Assembly (NCBI GenBank): GCA_964431835.1
Contig: CAYSKO010000010.1
Location: forward strand, 267-64,266
From: an uncultured Planctomycetia bacterium
GTDB lineage: Bacteria > Omnitrophota > Gorgyraeia > 2-02-FULL-51-18
Direction: 5' to 3'
Length of the DNA: 64,000 bases
Part shown: one piece after another, positions 24,463 through 36,733 of the stretch
Layout of the letters: each line of letters opens with the position of its first letter
Numbering within the stretch: position 1 is the stretch's first letter
Program-made: the position numbers and the translations under genes
The notes under the pieces: model-generated
Seen by the model: only the letters and a program-made list of their open reading frames with translations
The model's database searches: none
Told to the model about the DNA's origin: nothing

Positions 24463-24872
24463 CGGCGTTTGGACTCCAGATAAGTTTGAAGGATCAACGT
24501 CGCGGCGACCCTGTCGCTCGTTTCGCGCTGGCGGCGCCGCGACAGCCCGCCCTCGATCATGAAACGCGTCGCCTCGCGGCTCGAGAGCCTTTCGTCCCAG
24601 GTGCTCACCGGAACGCCGAGCGCGGCCTCGATCTTCGGGACGAGTTCGAGCACTTCTTTGGCCTTCGGGCCGTGCGTGCCGTTCATGTTGATGGGAAGGC
24701 CGATCACGACTTCCGTCACTCCGTACTCGAGCGCCACCTTTTTCAGCCCTTCCAGCACCGCGCTCTTTTTCGTGTTCGCGAGCGTCTCCAAACCCTGTGC
24801 GGTCCAGCCCATCGGATCCGACACGGCGAGACCGATCCGCTTTTCACCGTAATCGATCCCGAGAACCCGCAC
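24459..24872 (-). CDS. yqgF: YqgF/RuvX putative pre-16S rRNA nuclease
   Basis: VLGIDYGEKRIGLAVSD, GLP, WDERLSS, DRVAATLILQ; start reset to GTG at 24872. Confidence 0.93.
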   Translation of the reverse strand: MRVLGIDYGEKRIGLAVSDPMGWTAQGLETLANTKKSAVLEGLKKVALEYGVTEVVIGLPINMNGTHGPKAKEVLELVPKIEAALGVPVSTWDERLSSREATRFMIEGGLSRRRQRETSDRVAATLILQTYLESKRR

Positions 24873-24873
24873 G

Positions 24874-25893
24874 TTATTTAGTCGATTTCTTGAAGAAGAG
24901 CGCGGCTTCTTCGGCGCGGCCGCGGCGTGCAACGAGCGTCCCCCGCTCGGTGTGGACCACGACGATGTCGTCGAGTCCGAGCGCCACGAGCGGGTGCGAG
25001 GCTTGGTTCACGAAGAGCGCTTTCTTGCAGTCTTTCACGCGCGAGTCGCCTTGGACGCCGTTCCCCGCCGCATCCTTGGCCGATTTATCGTAAAGCATGT
25101 CCCAGTTTCCCATGTCGCACCAGTCCATCGCCGTCTTGAATACGGAAATGTTGCCGGCTTTCTCAAGAAGCGCGTAATCGATGGAGAGATTCGGCAGCTT
25201 TTTATAGCTCGTCTCGAGGTCCTCGAGACGGAAAGAGCTAGGGAATTCAGGCGAGTACCGGCGCATTGCGTCCATGAACGTCTGCGTGCGCCACGTGAAA
25301 ATGCCGGCGTTCCAGAGGAAACCGCCGTCCTTCACGTACTTTTTAGCCTTCGGGAGATCCGGCTTCTCGACGAAACGCTCGACCCGGAAAGCACCCTTAT
25401 GCCCCTTCACGGGCTTCCCCGTTTTAACGTATCCGTAGCCGGTGGCCGGGAACGAGGGCTTGATGCCGATCGTAACGAGCGACGACTCCTTTTCCGCGAG
25501 CGCGATGGCGCCGTTGACGGTGCCGGCGAACGTTTTTTCGTCCTGGATGAGATGGTCTGCCGGGAAGAAGGAGACGATTTCGTTCGCGTCGAAACGACGC
25601 TCGATGCGGGCGCAGGAAAGGTAGATTGCGGCGGCCGTGTTGTTACGCACCGGTTCGATGATCAGGTTCTCTTTGGGGAGCTTGGGGAGTTCCTCGCGGA
25701 TGAACGAGGCATGCTCGGCCGTCGTGACCACGTGGATGTTGCCTTCCCCGTAGACCTTCGCGAGACGCCGTTCGGTTCCGACCAGAAGCGAGGTGCGTCC
25801 GTCGAACCGCAGGCGGTACTTTGGAAAACCGGCGTGCGTCATCGGCCAGAAACGCTCGCCCTGCCCACCGGCCATGATCACCGCTTGCGCCAC
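24874..25893 (-). CDS. Mannose-1-phosphate guanylyltransferase
   Basis: IMAGGQGERFWP...PK, EPVRNNTA, PADH, TGYGY, FVEKP, WNAG, WCDMGNW. Confidence 0.9.
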   Translation of the reverse strand: MAQAVIMAGGQGERFWPMTHAGFPKYRLRFDGRTSLLVGTERRLAKVYGEGNIHVVTTAEHASFIREELPKLPKENLIIEPVRNNTAAAIYLSCARIERRFDANEIVSFFPADHLIQDEKTFAGTVNGAIALAEKESSLVTIGIKPSFPATGYGYVKTGKPVKGHKGAFRVERFVEKPDLPKAKKYVKDGGFLWNAGIFTWRTQTFMDAMRRYSPEFPSSFRLEDLETSYKKLPNLSIDYALLEKAGNISVFKTAMDWCDMGNWDMLYDKSAKDAAGNGVQGDSRVKDCKKALFVNQASHPLVALGLDDIVVVHTERGTLVARRGRAEEAALFFKKSTK

Positions 25894-25894
25894 G

Positions 25895-26701
25895 TCAGCT
25901 CCTCCGCTTGCCGAGAGCCGCGGCGAGTGGGCGGACGAACTTCGCCGCGAACGCTCCAGCCGAGAGTTTGGGGTTGGCGTCGATCGCCTTCACGATGGCG
26001 CTCCCGACGATCACGCCGTCCGAGATTTTGCCCATGCGCGCCGCGTCGCCGGGCGTGGAAACGCCGAAGCCGACGCACACGGGTAATTTGCTGACTTTAC
26101 GCGCCTTCGAAAGATGCTCGACGATGGACGGCGCGGCTTTCTGCCGCGCGGCGCCGGTCACGCCCGTGATCGAGACGTAGTACACGAAACCGCGGGAAGC
26201 GCGAGTGACGAGCTTCACGCGGTCGGGCGGGCTCGTCGGCGCCAGGAGATAGACGACGTGGATTCCGTGCTTGGTCATCGTCGCCGAAATCTCCTTCCCT
26301 TCGTCGGGCGGGAGTTCGGGGAAAATGAGGCCGTCCACGCCCGCCGCCTTCGCGTCTTTGGCGAAACGCTCGAGGCCGTAGCGAAGCACCGGATTGAGGT
26401 AGCTCATAAGGAGAAGCGGAAGCTCCGAGCGGCGCCGGATGCGGCGCACGAGTTCCAGGATCTGACGCAGGTTCGTTTTCTTCGCGAGTGAGCGCATGGA
26501 CGCGGCCTGGATCACCGGCCCATCGGCCATCGGATCGGAAAACGGCACTCCGATCTCGAGGAAATCTACGCCTTCCTTCTCGAAGGCCAGCGCGAGCTCC
26601 TCGTTCTTCTTGAGCGAAGGGTCCCCGGCGGTGATAAAAAGGATGAGCGCCTTTTCACGGCGCGCGGCGAGTTCTCGGAATTTCGCGTCGATGCGATTCA
26701 T
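25895..26701 (-). CDS. trpA: Tryptophan synthase alpha chain
   Basis: [31 protein letters not shown]; start reset to ATG at 26701. Confidence 0.97.
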   Translation of the reverse strand: MNRIDAKFRELAARREKALILFITAGDPSLKKNEELALAFEKEGVDFLEIGVPFSDPMADGPVIQAASMRSLAKKTNLRQILELVRRIRRRSELPLLLMSYLNPVLRYGLERFAKDAKAAGVDGLIFPELPPDEGKEISATMTKHGIHVVYLLAPTSPPDRVKLVTRASRGFVYYVSITGVTGAARQKAAPSIVEHLSKARKVSKLPVCVGFGVSTPGDAARMGKISDGVIVGSAIVKAIDANPKLSAGAFAAKFVRPLAAALGKRRS

Positions 26702-27906
26702 GCCGTCTTCATCGCCTTGGCGATCTGCGCGACGTCTTTGTCGCCCCGGCCCGAGAGGCAAAGGACGACGACGTCGGATTTCTTGAAGCGCTTCTTGTTC
26801 TTGAGGAGCCAGCCGATGGCGTGGGCCGTCTCGAGCGCCGGAATAATCCCCTCGGTTTCACTGAGAGCCCGAAGACCTTCGAGCGCTTCCGTGTCCGTGA
26901 TCGAATGGTACTCGACGCGGCCTGTGGTCTTGAGATACGCGTGCTCGGGACCGACGCCCGGATAATCGAGCCCCGCAGAAATCGAATGCGCGATTTGGAT
27001 TTGGCCGTCGGCGTTCTGCAGCACTTCGCTCTTCGAGCCGTGTAGCACTCCGATCTTGCCGCCGGTGAGCGTGGCGGCATGAAGGCCGCTCCTCAGTCCG
27101 TGCCCCGCAGCCTCGACCCCGACGAGCTTGGACCTCGTGGACAGAAGCGGGTGGAACATGCCGATGGAGTTTGAGCCACCGCCGACGCAGGCGACGACCC
27201 AGTCGGCTTCGCGAACCCCGTTTCGTTTAAGCTGGGCGGCCGTCTCACGGCCGATCACCGACTGAAAGTCGCGCACGATCATGGGGTACGGATGGGGGCC
27301 GATCACCGAACCGATGATGTAGTGCGTGTCGCGCACGTTCGTGACCCAGTCCCGGATAGCCTCGTTCACGGCGTCCTTCAGGGTCTTCGAGCCGGAAGTC
27401 ACGGGAATGACCTTGGCACCGAGAAGCTTCATGCGGAAAACGTTCAGCGACTGACGCTCGACATCCTCCTCGCCCATATAGACTTCGCATTTGATCCCTA
27501 AAAGAGAACAGATCGTGGCGGTCGCGACGCCGTGCTGGCCCGCGCCGGTTTCCGCGATGACGCGCTTCTTCCCCATCCTCACGGTCAGGAGGCCCTGGCC
27601 GACGGTGTTGTTGATCTTGTGTGCGCCGGTATGATTCAGGTCTTCACGCTTGAGATAAAGCTTTCCGACGCCCAGCCGGGCACCCAGGCGCTTGGCTTCG
27701 GTGAGCTGGGTCGGACGGCCGACGAATTCACGGAGTGTTTTTTCGAGCTCTTTCTTGAAGGAGCGGTCGGCGCGGGCGCTGCGGTACTCGCGCTCGAGCT
27801 CGAGGAGGGCCGCCATCAGGGTTTCGGGGACGTAGCGGCCACCGTACGGGCCGAAATGGCCGTTCCGATCCGGGAGCGGGATGCTTTTTTTACGCGCGTT
27901 TGGCAT
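26698..27906 (-). CDS. trpB: Tryptophan synthase beta chain
   Basis: [42 protein letters not shown]; start reset to ATG at 27906. Confidence 0.98.
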   Translation of the reverse strand: MPNARKKSIPLPDRNGHFGPYGGRYVPETLMAALLELEREYRSARADRSFKKELEKTLREFVGRPTQLTEAKRLGARLGVGKLYLKREDLNHTGAHKINNTVGQGLLTVRMGKKRVIAETGAGQHGVATATICSLLGIKCEVYMGEEDVERQSLNVFRMKLLGAKVIPVTSGSKTLKDAVNEAIRDWVTNVRDTHYIIGSVIGPHPYPMIVRDFQSVIGRETAAQLKRNGVREADWVVACVGGGSNSIGMFHPLLSTRSKLVGVEAAGHGLRSGLHAATLTGGKIGVLHGSKSEVLQNADGQIQIAHSISAGLDYPGVGPEHAYLKTTGRVEYHSITDTEALEGLRALSETEGIIPALETAHAIGWLLKNKKRFKKSDVVVLCLSGRGDKDVAQIAKAMKTA

Positions 27907-28501
27907 GACGAATGAACTCCTCGACGAGCTTAGGGTCTTTCTTTCCGGGGGCGCGCTCGACGCCGCTCGAGGTATCCACCCCGAAAGGCTTGAGAAGGCG
28001 GATCGCCTTGCCCACATTCTTCGCGTTCAGTCCGCCCGAGACGATCATCGGCCGGTCGAAACGCCGCCGCACGAGATCCCAGTCGAACGTCTTTCCCGTT
28101 CCCCCGGCGAGCCCTTCGATACGCGAATCGAACAGGAAGGCGTCGGCCTCGTACTTCGCCGCGACGTCCGCCTCGAAACCGGGCCCGACCCGGAACGCCT
28201 TGATCACGCGGACGTCCCGCATGAGCGTGCGGGCGACCGCGGCGCTTTCCGAGCCGTGAAGCTGGATGTCGGTGAGCCGGCAGCTCTCCGAGATGCGCCG
28301 GACTTTCTCCGGCTTCTCGTCGACGAACACGCCGACCGCGGCGATCCACGGCGGAAGCTCCTCGACGATGCGGCGCACCGTGTCGGGCGTCACCTGCCGC
28401 GGGCTGACGGCGAAAATGAAACCGAGCGCGTCGGCGCCGCTCTCGACCGCGTGGCGCGCGTCCGCCAAATTCGTGATTCCGCAAATCTTCACTCGGGTCA
28501 T
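27890..28501 (-). CDS. trpF: Phosphoribosylanthranilate isomerase
   Basis: [31 protein letters not shown]. Confidence 0.96.
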   Translation of the reverse strand: MTRVKICGITNLADARHAVESGADALGFIFAVSPRQVTPDTVRRIVEELPPWIAAVGVFVDEKPEKVRRISESCRLTDIQLHGSESAAVARTLMRDVRVIKAFRVGPGFEADVAAKYEADAFLFDSRIEGLAGGTGKTFDWDLVRRRFDRPMIVSGGLNAKNVGKAIRLLKPFGVDTSSGVERAPGKKDPKLVEEFIRHAKRA

Positions 28502-29289
28502 GCCGGGCCTCCCAAAAGTTTTCTCAGGGCGACCGCGACGTCGTCTTCGCGCATCAAACTCTCTCCTACGAGCGCCGCGTCGACTCCCAGGGTCCTCAAG
28601 TATAGCAAATCCTCGTGTTTTTGGATGCCGCTTTCCGAGACGAGGACGGCCTTGCCGGCAAAGCGGCGGGCGAGGCGTTCGGTCGTCTTGAGATCGACGG
28701 AAAACGTCTTTAGATCGCGATTGTTGATACCTACGAGCGGAGCGCCCGCCTCCTCGGCCTTTTCGGCCTCCGCTTCGTCGTGGATTTCCACGAGGGCGTC
28801 GAGCCCGAGCGAACCGGCGAGCTCCGAGAGCCGGCGGATTTCGGCAACGGAGAGAATAGCCGCGATGAGGAGGATCGCGTCGGCGCCCATGAGACGCGCC
28901 TCCAAAACATGGTACTCCTCGAGCGTGAAATCTTTCCTCAAGATCGGAAGGCTCGACGCGCGGCGCGCGACCCGGAGAGCTTCTTCCGAACCGCCGAAGA
29001 ACGGGCCGTCCGTGAGGACCGAGAGTGCCGCGGCGCCCGCGGATTGGTACGCCAAGGCGATGGCCGCGGGATCAAAATTCTCCCGGAGAACCCCCTTGGA
29101 CGGCGAGCGGTGTTTAACCTCCGAGATCACCGTCACGGAGCCGGTTTTTTTAAGCGCCTTTGCGAAAACGCGCTCCTTAAAAGGAAGTTTGGCCACTTCG
29201 GCGCGCAGGACTTCGATCGGCCGGGTACGGCGGAGCGCCTCGAGCTCCCGGCGCTTCGAAATGACGATCTCGTCCAGAATCGGCGTCAC
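28498..29289 (-). CDS. trpC: Indole-3-glycerol phosphate synthase
   Basis: EVKHRSPSKG, SVLTD, LRKDF, GINNRDL, SESG; start reset to GTG at 29289. Confidence 0.96.
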   Translation of the reverse strand: MTPILDEIVISKRRELEALRRTRPIEVLRAEVAKLPFKERVFAKALKKTGSVTVISEVKHRSPSKGVLRENFDPAAIALAYQSAGAAALSVLTDGPFFGGSEEALRVARRASSLPILRKDFTLEEYHVLEARLMGADAILLIAAILSVAEIRRLSELAGSLGLDALVEIHDEAEAEKAEEAGAPLVGINNRDLKTFSVDLKTTERLARRFAGKAVLVSESGIQKHEDLLYLRTLGVDAALVGESLMREDDVAVALRKLLGGPA

Positions 29290-30317
29290 GCGTCCCCGGG
29301 CTTCGTTGCGGCGACGATCTTCTCGACGGCGCGGAGCGCCGCGCCGCTCTTCAGCGTCTCCTGCGCGAGAAAAACACCCGCCTTGATCGAACGTGAACGG
29401 CCCGACACGAAAAAAGCCGCTCCGGCGTTCAGGCAAACGATGTCGGACTTGGGGCCCCGCTCACCGGCGAGCACGGCGTGGGCGGCCGCGAGTGCTTCTT
29501 CCTTCGTGGTTACGACGAGATCCTCCACCGAGGAGCGGCGCAGGCCGATATCTTCGGGCGAGACGACGTGGCGGATGATGGAACCGCGATCGACCTCCGC
29601 CACCATCGTTTCGTCGCAGGTTGTCAGCTCGTCCATGCCGTCGCGACCGTGCACGACGAACGCGCGGCGCACTCCAAGATCGACCAAGACGCGGGCGAAT
29701 ATTTCGACGAGCTTCTCGTCATAGACTCCGACGAGTTGGAACGCCGCGCCCGCGGGATTCGCGAGCGGACCAAGAAGGTTGAAAAGGGTCTTTCCCTGGA
29801 TGCGTTTCCGGGCGGGCATCGCGAAACGGGTCGCGGGATGGAAGCGGGGCGCAAAGAAAAAGCCGAAACCGGTCTTCTGGATGCAGCTCTCGACGACAAG
29901 CGGGCCTGGATCGACCGTGACGCCGAGCGCCTCGAGAAGATCGGCGCTGCCGGAGACGCTCGAAACCGAGCGGTTGCCGTGCTTGGCCACGCCGACGCCC
30001 GCTCCGGCACAGACGAGCGAAGCGAGCGTGGAGACGTTCAAAGTGCGGCGCGCGTCTCCGCCGGTTCCGCAGGTGTCGAGAAGCTCGGGGTACGTGCGCG
30101 AAAGAGGAACCGCATACCGGCGCATGACCGCGGCCGCGGCGGCTATTTCGGTGGGCAGCTCTCCCTTTTTGCGGAGCGCAGACAGGAAGCTCTCGATCGC
30201 GTCGTCAGTTGCGTGCCCTCCGACGATAGCTTCCATCGCGGCGGTCATCTCGGTGGCCGTCAGGTCTTTCCGGTGGTCGAGGCGCTTCTGCGCCGCGTCG
30301 AGTCCCGTCGGGCTCAT
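29286..30317 (-). CDS. trpD: Anthranilate phosphoribosyltransferase
   Basis: [32 protein letters not shown]. Confidence 0.97.
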   Translation of the reverse strand: MSPTGLDAAQKRLDHRKDLTATEMTAAMEAIVGGHATDDAIESFLSALRKKGELPTEIAAAAAVMRRYAVPLSRTYPELLDTCGTGGDARRTLNVSTLASLVCAGAGVGVAKHGNRSVSSVSGSADLLEALGVTVDPGPLVVESCIQKTGFGFFFAPRFHPATRFAMPARKRIQGKTLFNLLGPLANPAGAAFQLVGVYDEKLVEIFARVLVDLGVRRAFVVHGRDGMDELTTCDETMVAEVDRGSIIRHVVSPEDIGLRRSSVEDLVVTTKEEALAAAHAVLAGERGPKSDIVCLNAGAAFFVSGRSRSIKAGVFLAQETLKSGAALRAVEKIVAATKPGDA

Positions 30318-30886
30318 CGGCGCGTCAGAGAAAGAAAATTACGCAGGAGATCCTTGCCGGATTGGGTGAGAATCGATTCCGGGTGGAATTGGACGCCGTA
30401 GATGGGAAATTTCCGGTGACGCAGGCCCATGATTTCCTTCTCTTTCGTTTCAGCCGTGATCTCAAGGACCTTCGGGAACGATTTCCGCTCGACCAGGAGC
30501 GAGTGGTAACGCGTCGCGGTGAACGGATTGTCGAGGCCCTTAAAAACACCCTTGCCATCGTGAAGAATCGGCGATGTTTTGCCGTGCATCTGGCGCAGGG
30601 CAATCACGACTTTTCCGCCGAAGACCTCTCCGATGCATTGGTGGCCGAGGCAAACGCCCAAAAGCGGCGTCGTAGGACCGAGCTCGCGGATGAGAGCGTT
30701 CGAAACGCCGGAATCCTTGGGGCTTCCCGGGCCGGGCGAGATCACGATGCGTGAGGGCTTGAGTTTTCGCACGGCGTCGACCGTGATCTGGTCGTTGCGG
30801 ACCACTTTCAGTTCCTGCCCGAGCTCTCCCAGGTACTGAACGAGGTTGTAGGTGAACGAATCGTAATTGTCGACCATAAGAATCAT
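30314..30886 (-). CDS. trpG: Anthranilate synthase component II (glutamine amidotransferase)
   Basis: [28 protein letters not shown]; within trp operon. Confidence 0.95.
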   Translation of the reverse strand: MILMVDNYDSFTYNLVQYLGELGQELKVVRNDQITVDAVRKLKPSRIVISPGPGSPKDSGVSNALIRELGPTTPLLGVCLGHQCIGEVFGGKVVIALRQMHGKTSPILHDGKGVFKGLDNPFTATRYHSLLVERKSFPKVLEITAETKEKEIMGLRHRKFPIYGVQFHPESILTQSGKDLLRNFLSLTRR

Positions 30887-32382
30887 GCGAGCGCCCCGCT
30901 TTCGGCGAATGCGATAGCTTTCATGAGAGCCTTCGCTTTGTTCACGGTTTCGTCGTACTCCTTGTCGGGATCGGAATCCGCCACGATCCCGGCCCCCGCC
31001 TGCGCGTGCGCGACGCCGTCTTTGACGACCACGGTCCGGATCGCGATGCAGGAATCAAGATTCCCCGAATAACTGAAATAGGCGACGACGCCCGCATAGA
31101 GGCCGCGGCGTCTGTTCTCAAGCTCGTCGATGATCTCCATCGCGCGCACTTTCGGAGCGCCCGAGATCGTGCCCGCGGGAAACGTCGCGCGGAGAAGATC
31201 GAAGGCGGTCTTGTTTTTTTGGAGATCCCCCTCCACGTGGCTGACGATGTGCATCACGTGAGAGTAACGCTCGATGGCCATGAACTCGCTCACCTTCACG
31301 CTCTTGTAGTCGCAGACGCGCCCCAGATCGTTCCGGCCGAGATCGACGAGCATGAGATGTTCGGCGCGTTCCTTCGGATCAGCGAGAAGCGACTTCTCGT
31401 GCGCGGCGTCCTCTTCGGGATTACGGCCGCGCGGACGCGTTCCGGCGATGGGGCGAAGTGCCGCGCGTTTGCCGTGGCACCTCACGTGGATCTCGGGCGA
31501 CGAGCCCGCGACCCGGAACGAGCCGCAGTCGAGATAAAAAAGATACGGCGAAGGGTTGATCGAGCGAAGCGCGCGGTACACGTCGAACGCCTCCGAGCGG
31601 ACAGGCGCCTGGAACGCCTGCGAGAGCACGATCTGGAACGCGTCGCCTTTCTTGATGTATTCCTTCGCTTTTTTGACGGCCGCGCAATAGCCCGCCCGCG
31701 TGAAGTTGGATGACACCTCGAGCTTGTCCGCCCGGCCGGCCTTCGAAGCCGAGACGCGCTGAGGGCCGGGCGAGCGCAGGCGGCGCACCTGTGCCTCGAT
31801 ACGCTCGAGCGCGCGGTCGTAGGCGGCGGACGCGTCCTTCGGCGATTCGACGACGGCGTTGGCGATCACCTGAACGTTGCGTTTCAGGTTGTCGAAAGCC
31901 AAGAGCGTATCGGTGAACGCGAAAAGAGAATCGGGAACGCCGAGGGGATCCGGATTCGAATCGGGAACTTTCTCGATGAAGCGCACCGTGTCGTAGCCGA
32001 GATAGCCGACGGCGCCACCAGAGAACGGCGGAAGCCCTTCGACCGGCGCCTGGCGGAAGCGTTTCAGGAGTTTCTCGAGCTCGAAGAGCGGATCGCGCGC
32101 CGTCTCGAACGAGACTTCCTTCTTACCCTTCTCGGAAAGTACGATTTTCCGGCCTTTCGAACGGAAAAGCAGATACGGATCGCCGCCGATGAAAGACCAC
32201 CGCCCGACGTTCGCACCGCCCTCGACCGATTCGAGCAGGAAGGAATAGGGTCGGCCCGCGGTCTTCATGAAGGCGGAGACAGGAGTTTCCATGTCGGCGA
32301 CGACCTCTCGCCGCACGGGGATCACGTTGTAGCGGCGCGCGAGCCGCATGAATGTTTTCTTATCGGGGAATGCTTCGGACAA
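30883..32382 (-). CDS. trpE: Anthranilate synthase component I
   Basis: [33 protein letters not shown]. Confidence 0.96.
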   Translation of the reverse strand: MSEAFPDKKTFMRLARRYNVIPVRREVVADMETPVSAFMKTAGRPYSFLLESVEGGANVGRWSFIGGDPYLLFRSKGRKIVLSEKGKKEVSFETARDPLFELEKLLKRFRQAPVEGLPPFSGGAVGYLGYDTVRFIEKVPDSNPDPLGVPDSLFAFTDTLLAFDNLKRNVQVIANAVVESPKDASAAYDRALERIEAQVRRLRSPGPQRVSASKAGRADKLEVSSNFTRAGYCAAVKKAKEYIKKGDAFQIVLSQAFQAPVRSEAFDVYRALRSINPSPYLFYLDCGSFRVAGSSPEIHVRCHGKRAALRPIAGTRPRGRNPEEDAAHEKSLLADPKERAEHLMLVDLGRNDLGRVCDYKSVKVSEFMAIERYSHVMHIVSHVEGDLQKNKTAFDLLRATFPAGTISGAPKVRAMEIIDELENRRRGLYAGVVAYFSYSGNLDSCIAIRTVVVKDGVAHAQAGAGIVADSDPDKEYDETVNKAKALMKAIAFAESGALA

Positions 32383-32778
32383 TCAGTACACTTTCTCGGG
32401 ATCGAACACCCGCTCGTCGGTGGTTTTTTGCGTGCCGTCGTCTCCGATCCGGTCGAAGTAGCAACTGAGGAAACCCTTGTGGCAGCCGGCGACCTTCTGG
32501 TCGATCACGAAAAGAAACGACTTGCCCTCGCAGTCCAGGCGGAATTCTTTCACGGCCTGCGTGTGGCCGGACGTTTCGCCTTTTTTCATGAGCTTGTTCT
32601 GCGAACGGCGGAAAAGATGAATGTAACCAGTGTCGAGTGTCGCCCGGAGCGCGATGTCGTTCATGTAGCAAAGTGTGAGCACCTTGCCGGACTTCTCATC
32701 CTGGATGATGGCCGGGATCAGGCCGTCGGCTGCGTATTTGATCTGGGCTTTCACTTTCTCGAATGCCGAATCCGTCAT
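32383..32778 (-). CDS. hisI: Phosphoribosyl-AMP cyclohydrolase (variant motif)
   Basis: [20 protein letters not shown]...CH...SCYF; DCDxD motif reads DCEGK. Confidence 0.88.
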   Translation of the reverse strand: MTDSAFEKVKAQIKYAADGLIPAIIQDEKSGKVLTLCYMNDIALRATLDTGYIHLFRRSQNKLMKKGETSGHTQAVKEFRLDCEGKSFLFVIDQKVAGCHKGFLSCYFDRIGDDGTQKTTDERVFDPEKVY

Positions 32779-33520
32779 AAGCGTACCGGAATTCCCTTCT
32801 TTTGGAGGTACCGTTTCGCCGCGCGCACCGTGTGCTCGCGGAAATGGAAAATACTCGCGGCCAGCACCGCGTCCGCCTTCCCCTTCGTGAATCCGTCGGC
32901 GAGATGATCAAGCGTCCCGACGCCGCCGGAGGCGATCACCGGAATGGAAACCGACTCGGAGACGGCGCGGGTCAGCGCGAGGTCGTAACCGGCTTTGGTC
33001 CCGTCGCAGTCCATGCTCGTAAGGAGGATCTCGCCCGCGCCGAGCTTCTCGACGGCCTTCGCCCAAGCGACCGCGTCCTTACCGGTCGCGTTCCTGCCGC
33101 CGTGAGTGAAAACTTCCCAGCGCCCTTTCTTGCCGGGAACGCGGCGCGCGTCGATGGCCACGACCACGCACTGCGAACCAAAACGCGCGGCCGCCTCGCG
33201 GACGAACGAAGGCTTCCGCACGGCGGCCGTGTTGATCGAAACCTTGTCGGCGCCCGCGTTGAGCAGCGTGCGGATATCTTCGACCGAGTTTACGCCCCCG
33301 CCCACCGTCAGCGGCATGAAGACCGTCTCGGCCGTCCGACGCACGACGTCGAGGAGGATCGGTCTCTTCTCGTGAGACGCCGTGATGTCGAGGAAAACGA
33401 GCTCGTCCGCGCCGTCCTTGTCGTAATGGCGTGCGCACTCAACCGGATCCCCCGCGTCCCGCAGCTCCAAGAAGCGAGTTCCCTTGACGACGCGTCCCTC
33501 TTTAACATCCAAGCACGGAA

Positions 33521-33539
<19 letters not shown>
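32775..33539 (-). CDS. hisF: Imidazole glycerol phosphate synthase cyclase subunit
   Basis: [34 protein letters not shown]; start reset to GTG at 33539. Confidence 0.97.
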
Positions 33540-34248
<709 letters not shown>

Positions 34249-34252
<4 letters not shown>

Positions 34253-34875
34253 TTGGCCTCCGTTTTAAGATCGACGAAATTCTTGATGATGCGCAGTCCG
34301 GCGTCCTGGCTCTTCTCGGGATGGAACTGCGTCGCGTAGACGTTGTCCTTCCAGACGGCGGAAAGGAATTTCCCGCCGTACGGAGTCACCGTGAGCGCCC
34401 AGGAGCGATCGTCGGGAACACCGAAGTACGAATGGACGAAATAGAAATGGTCGTCGGCGCGCACTCCCTTTAAGAGCGGGCAGCCGGACTTCTTCACTTC
34501 CAGCGTGTTCCAGCCCATGTGGGGCACTTTAAGCTTCGTGCGGAAACGCTTCACGGGCCCCGGGATGACGCCGAAACCGGCCACGCGCGAACCTTCTTCG
34601 CTGCGGGAAAAAAGGAGTTGGAGACCGAGGCACAGGCCGAGGTACGGCGTCCCCGCCTCGATCTTTTCGCGGATGGGTTCGACGAGTTTGAGACGCCGGA
34701 GCTCGCGCATCGCCTGGGTAAACGCTCCCACGCCGGGGAGGACGATTTTGTCCGCTTTCTCGATGTCGCGAACGAGCGAAGTGACTTTCGGACGCGCGCC
34801 GGCCGCCTCGAACGCCTTTTGGACGCTCCGCAGGTTGCCCATTCCGTAATCGACGATGGCGATCACGGGTTTCAC
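34249..34875 (-). CDS. hisH: Imidazole glycerol phosphate synthase glutaminase subunit
   Basis: DYGMGNLRSV, PGVG, GLCLGLQ, PHMGWN, QFHPEKS. Confidence 0.97.
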
Positions 34876-35501
34876 AGGTAACCCTTGGTGGAAGGGACGC
34901 CTCCCTGGCGCGAATCGAAAGCGACGGCTTGATCAAGCGCCTTGGCGAGCGCTTTGAACGCCGCCTCGGCCACGTGATGAGGCTGCTCGCCGGATACGAG
35001 CTCGAGATGCAGCGTGATCCCGGCGTTCTGCGCGAAAGACTCGAAGAAGTGCTTCATGTCTGAGAGCGTGTAGTTCATGGAGTTCGGCTTCATGCGCACG
35101 GCCGGGTGATCGACCCACCGCGTTTTGGCGGTCGTGTGCATGTGGAACGAGCCGCGGCCGGAGATATCAAGCGAGACGCGGACGCCTGCGAGCGCTTCGT
35201 CGAGCGGCGCGCGGAAATCTGCGAACCGGCGGATGCCCTTTTTGTCCCCCACGGCCTTCCGGAACGCCTCGCCGAGCGCGATCGCGACGTCCTCGTTGGT
35301 GTGGTGCGTGTCGATGTCGACGTCGCCCTTGCACCGGACCTTGATGTCGAACATCCCGTGTTTGGCGAGCGCCTCGAGCATGTGGTCGAGAAAACGCACT
35401 CCGGTGCGGATGTCGCCCTTGCCGGAACCGTCGAGATTGAGTTCGAGCGCGATGTCGGTCTCGCGGGTCTTTCGGCCGAGCTTCACGCGGCGGGCGTTCA
35501 T
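34872..35501 (-). CDS. hisB: Imidazoleglycerol-phosphate dehydratase
   Basis: RKTRETDI, FLDHML, DTHHTNED, PHHVAEAAFKA, PSTKG. Confidence 0.96.
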   Translation of the reverse strand: MNARRVKLGRKTRETDIALELNLDGSGKGDIRTGVRFLDHMLEALAKHGMFDIKVRCKGDVDIDTHHTNEDVAIALGEAFRKAVGDKKGIRRFADFRAPLDEALAGVRVSLDISGRGSFHMHTTAKTRWVDHPAVRMKPNSMNYTLSDMKHFFESFAQNAGITLHLELVSGEQPHHVAEAAFKALAKALDQAVAFDSRQGGVPSTKGYL

Positions 35502-36733
35502 ACTTTTTTGATCTCCTTGTCGAAGCGAACCTTCACGGACTCCATGTGCCGCGGCAGCCCTTCGAGCGTGGCGAGGTGTTCAACGACCCCCTTCACACGC
35601 TCGAGCGCCTTGCGGTTGTAGGAAATGACGTGCGTGCTCTTCATGAAATCCGAAATACAGATACCCGAGAAGAAACGCGCGGTTCCGTTGGTCGGAAGCA
35701 CGTGGCTTGGCCCCGCGACGTAATCGCCGACGGCGGTCGGCGTGTACGGGCCAACGAAGATGGCACCCGCGTGCTTCACGTCCTTCAATATCCTGTTCGG
35801 ATTCTTCACCATGATCTCGAGATGTTCGGGCGCGATGCGATTGATGACGTCGACGCCTTCGGTCAAGTTTTTGACGTGCACGATCCAGCCACGGGCGGGG
35901 ACCTTCTTCATCGCCTTCGCGAGACGTTTCGAAGTGGTCACGAGGATCGAAGTTCCCTGATGATGTTCGCTCTGCGCCAGAAGATCCGCGGCGACGAAAT
36001 CGGGGTCGGAGTGGTCGTTCGCGAGGATCACGACCTCGGACGGCCCCGCCACCATGTCGATGTCGCAGTACCCGAACACTTGGCGCTTGGCTTCCGCGAC
36101 GTACGAGTTCCCGGGGCCGATGATCTTGTCGACGTGGGGTATCGTCTTCGTCCCGAACGCGAATGCGCCGATCGCCTGTGCGCCGCCAGCCTTGAACACG
36201 CCGTCTACTTTAAGCAGGTTCGCCACCGCCAGGATGTGCGGATCGACACTCTTGTACTTGTTGGGCGGCGTAATGAGGTAAACTTTCTCGACGCCCGCGA
36301 GCTTTGCCGGCAGGACGGTCATGTAGACCGTGGACGGCAGCGGGACGGTGCCCGAGGGAACGTACACGCCGACCGACTCGAGCGGCCGGATCTTCTCGCC
36401 GAGGACGACGCCGTCCTCCGAAAACATCTTCCAGGACTTCTTCGTCTGCTTCTTGTAATACCGGCTCACGTTCTCGACCGCGACCTTCAGCATGGAAACG
36501 AACTCCGGGCTGATGTTTTGGTACGCGCCCGAAATCTCGCCTTCCGTGACGCGGAGTTCCTTCGGCGTAAGTTTCACTTTGTCGAATTTGCGCGTGTAGC
36601 GGATCACGGCGTCGTCGCCGTGGACCCGCACGTCCTCGAGGATCCGGCGAACTTTGTCTTCGACGCGCGGGTTCCTGATCTGCCTTTGAAAGAGGTTCTG
36701 GAATTTCTTCGAACCGGGTCGGATCTGCTTCAA
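35498..36733 (-). CDS. hisD: Histidinol dehydrogenase
   Basis: GGAQAI, GPGN, AGPSE, QSEH, APEHL, GPSHVLPT; start reset to TTG at 36733 overlapping the alaS stop. Confidence 0.95.
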   Translation of the reverse strand: MKQIRPGSKKFQNLFQRQIRNPRVEDKVRRILEDVRVHGDDAVIRYTRKFDKVKLTPKELRVTEGEISGAYQNISPEFVSMLKVAVENVSRYYKKQTKKSWKMFSEDGVVLGEKIRPLESVGVYVPSGTVPLPSTVYMTVLPAKLAGVEKVYLITPPNKYKSVDPHILAVANLLKVDGVFKAGGAQAIGAFAFGTKTIPHVDKIIGPGNSYVAEAKRQVFGYCDIDMVAGPSEVVILANDHSDPDFVAADLLAQSEHHQGTSILVTTSKRLAKAMKKVPARGWIVHVKNLTEGVDVINRIAPEHLEIMVKNPNRILKDVKHAGAIFVGPYTPTAVGDYVAGPSHVLPTNGTARFFSGICISDFMKSTHVISYNRKALERVKGVVEHLATLEGLPRHMESVKVRFDKEIKKV

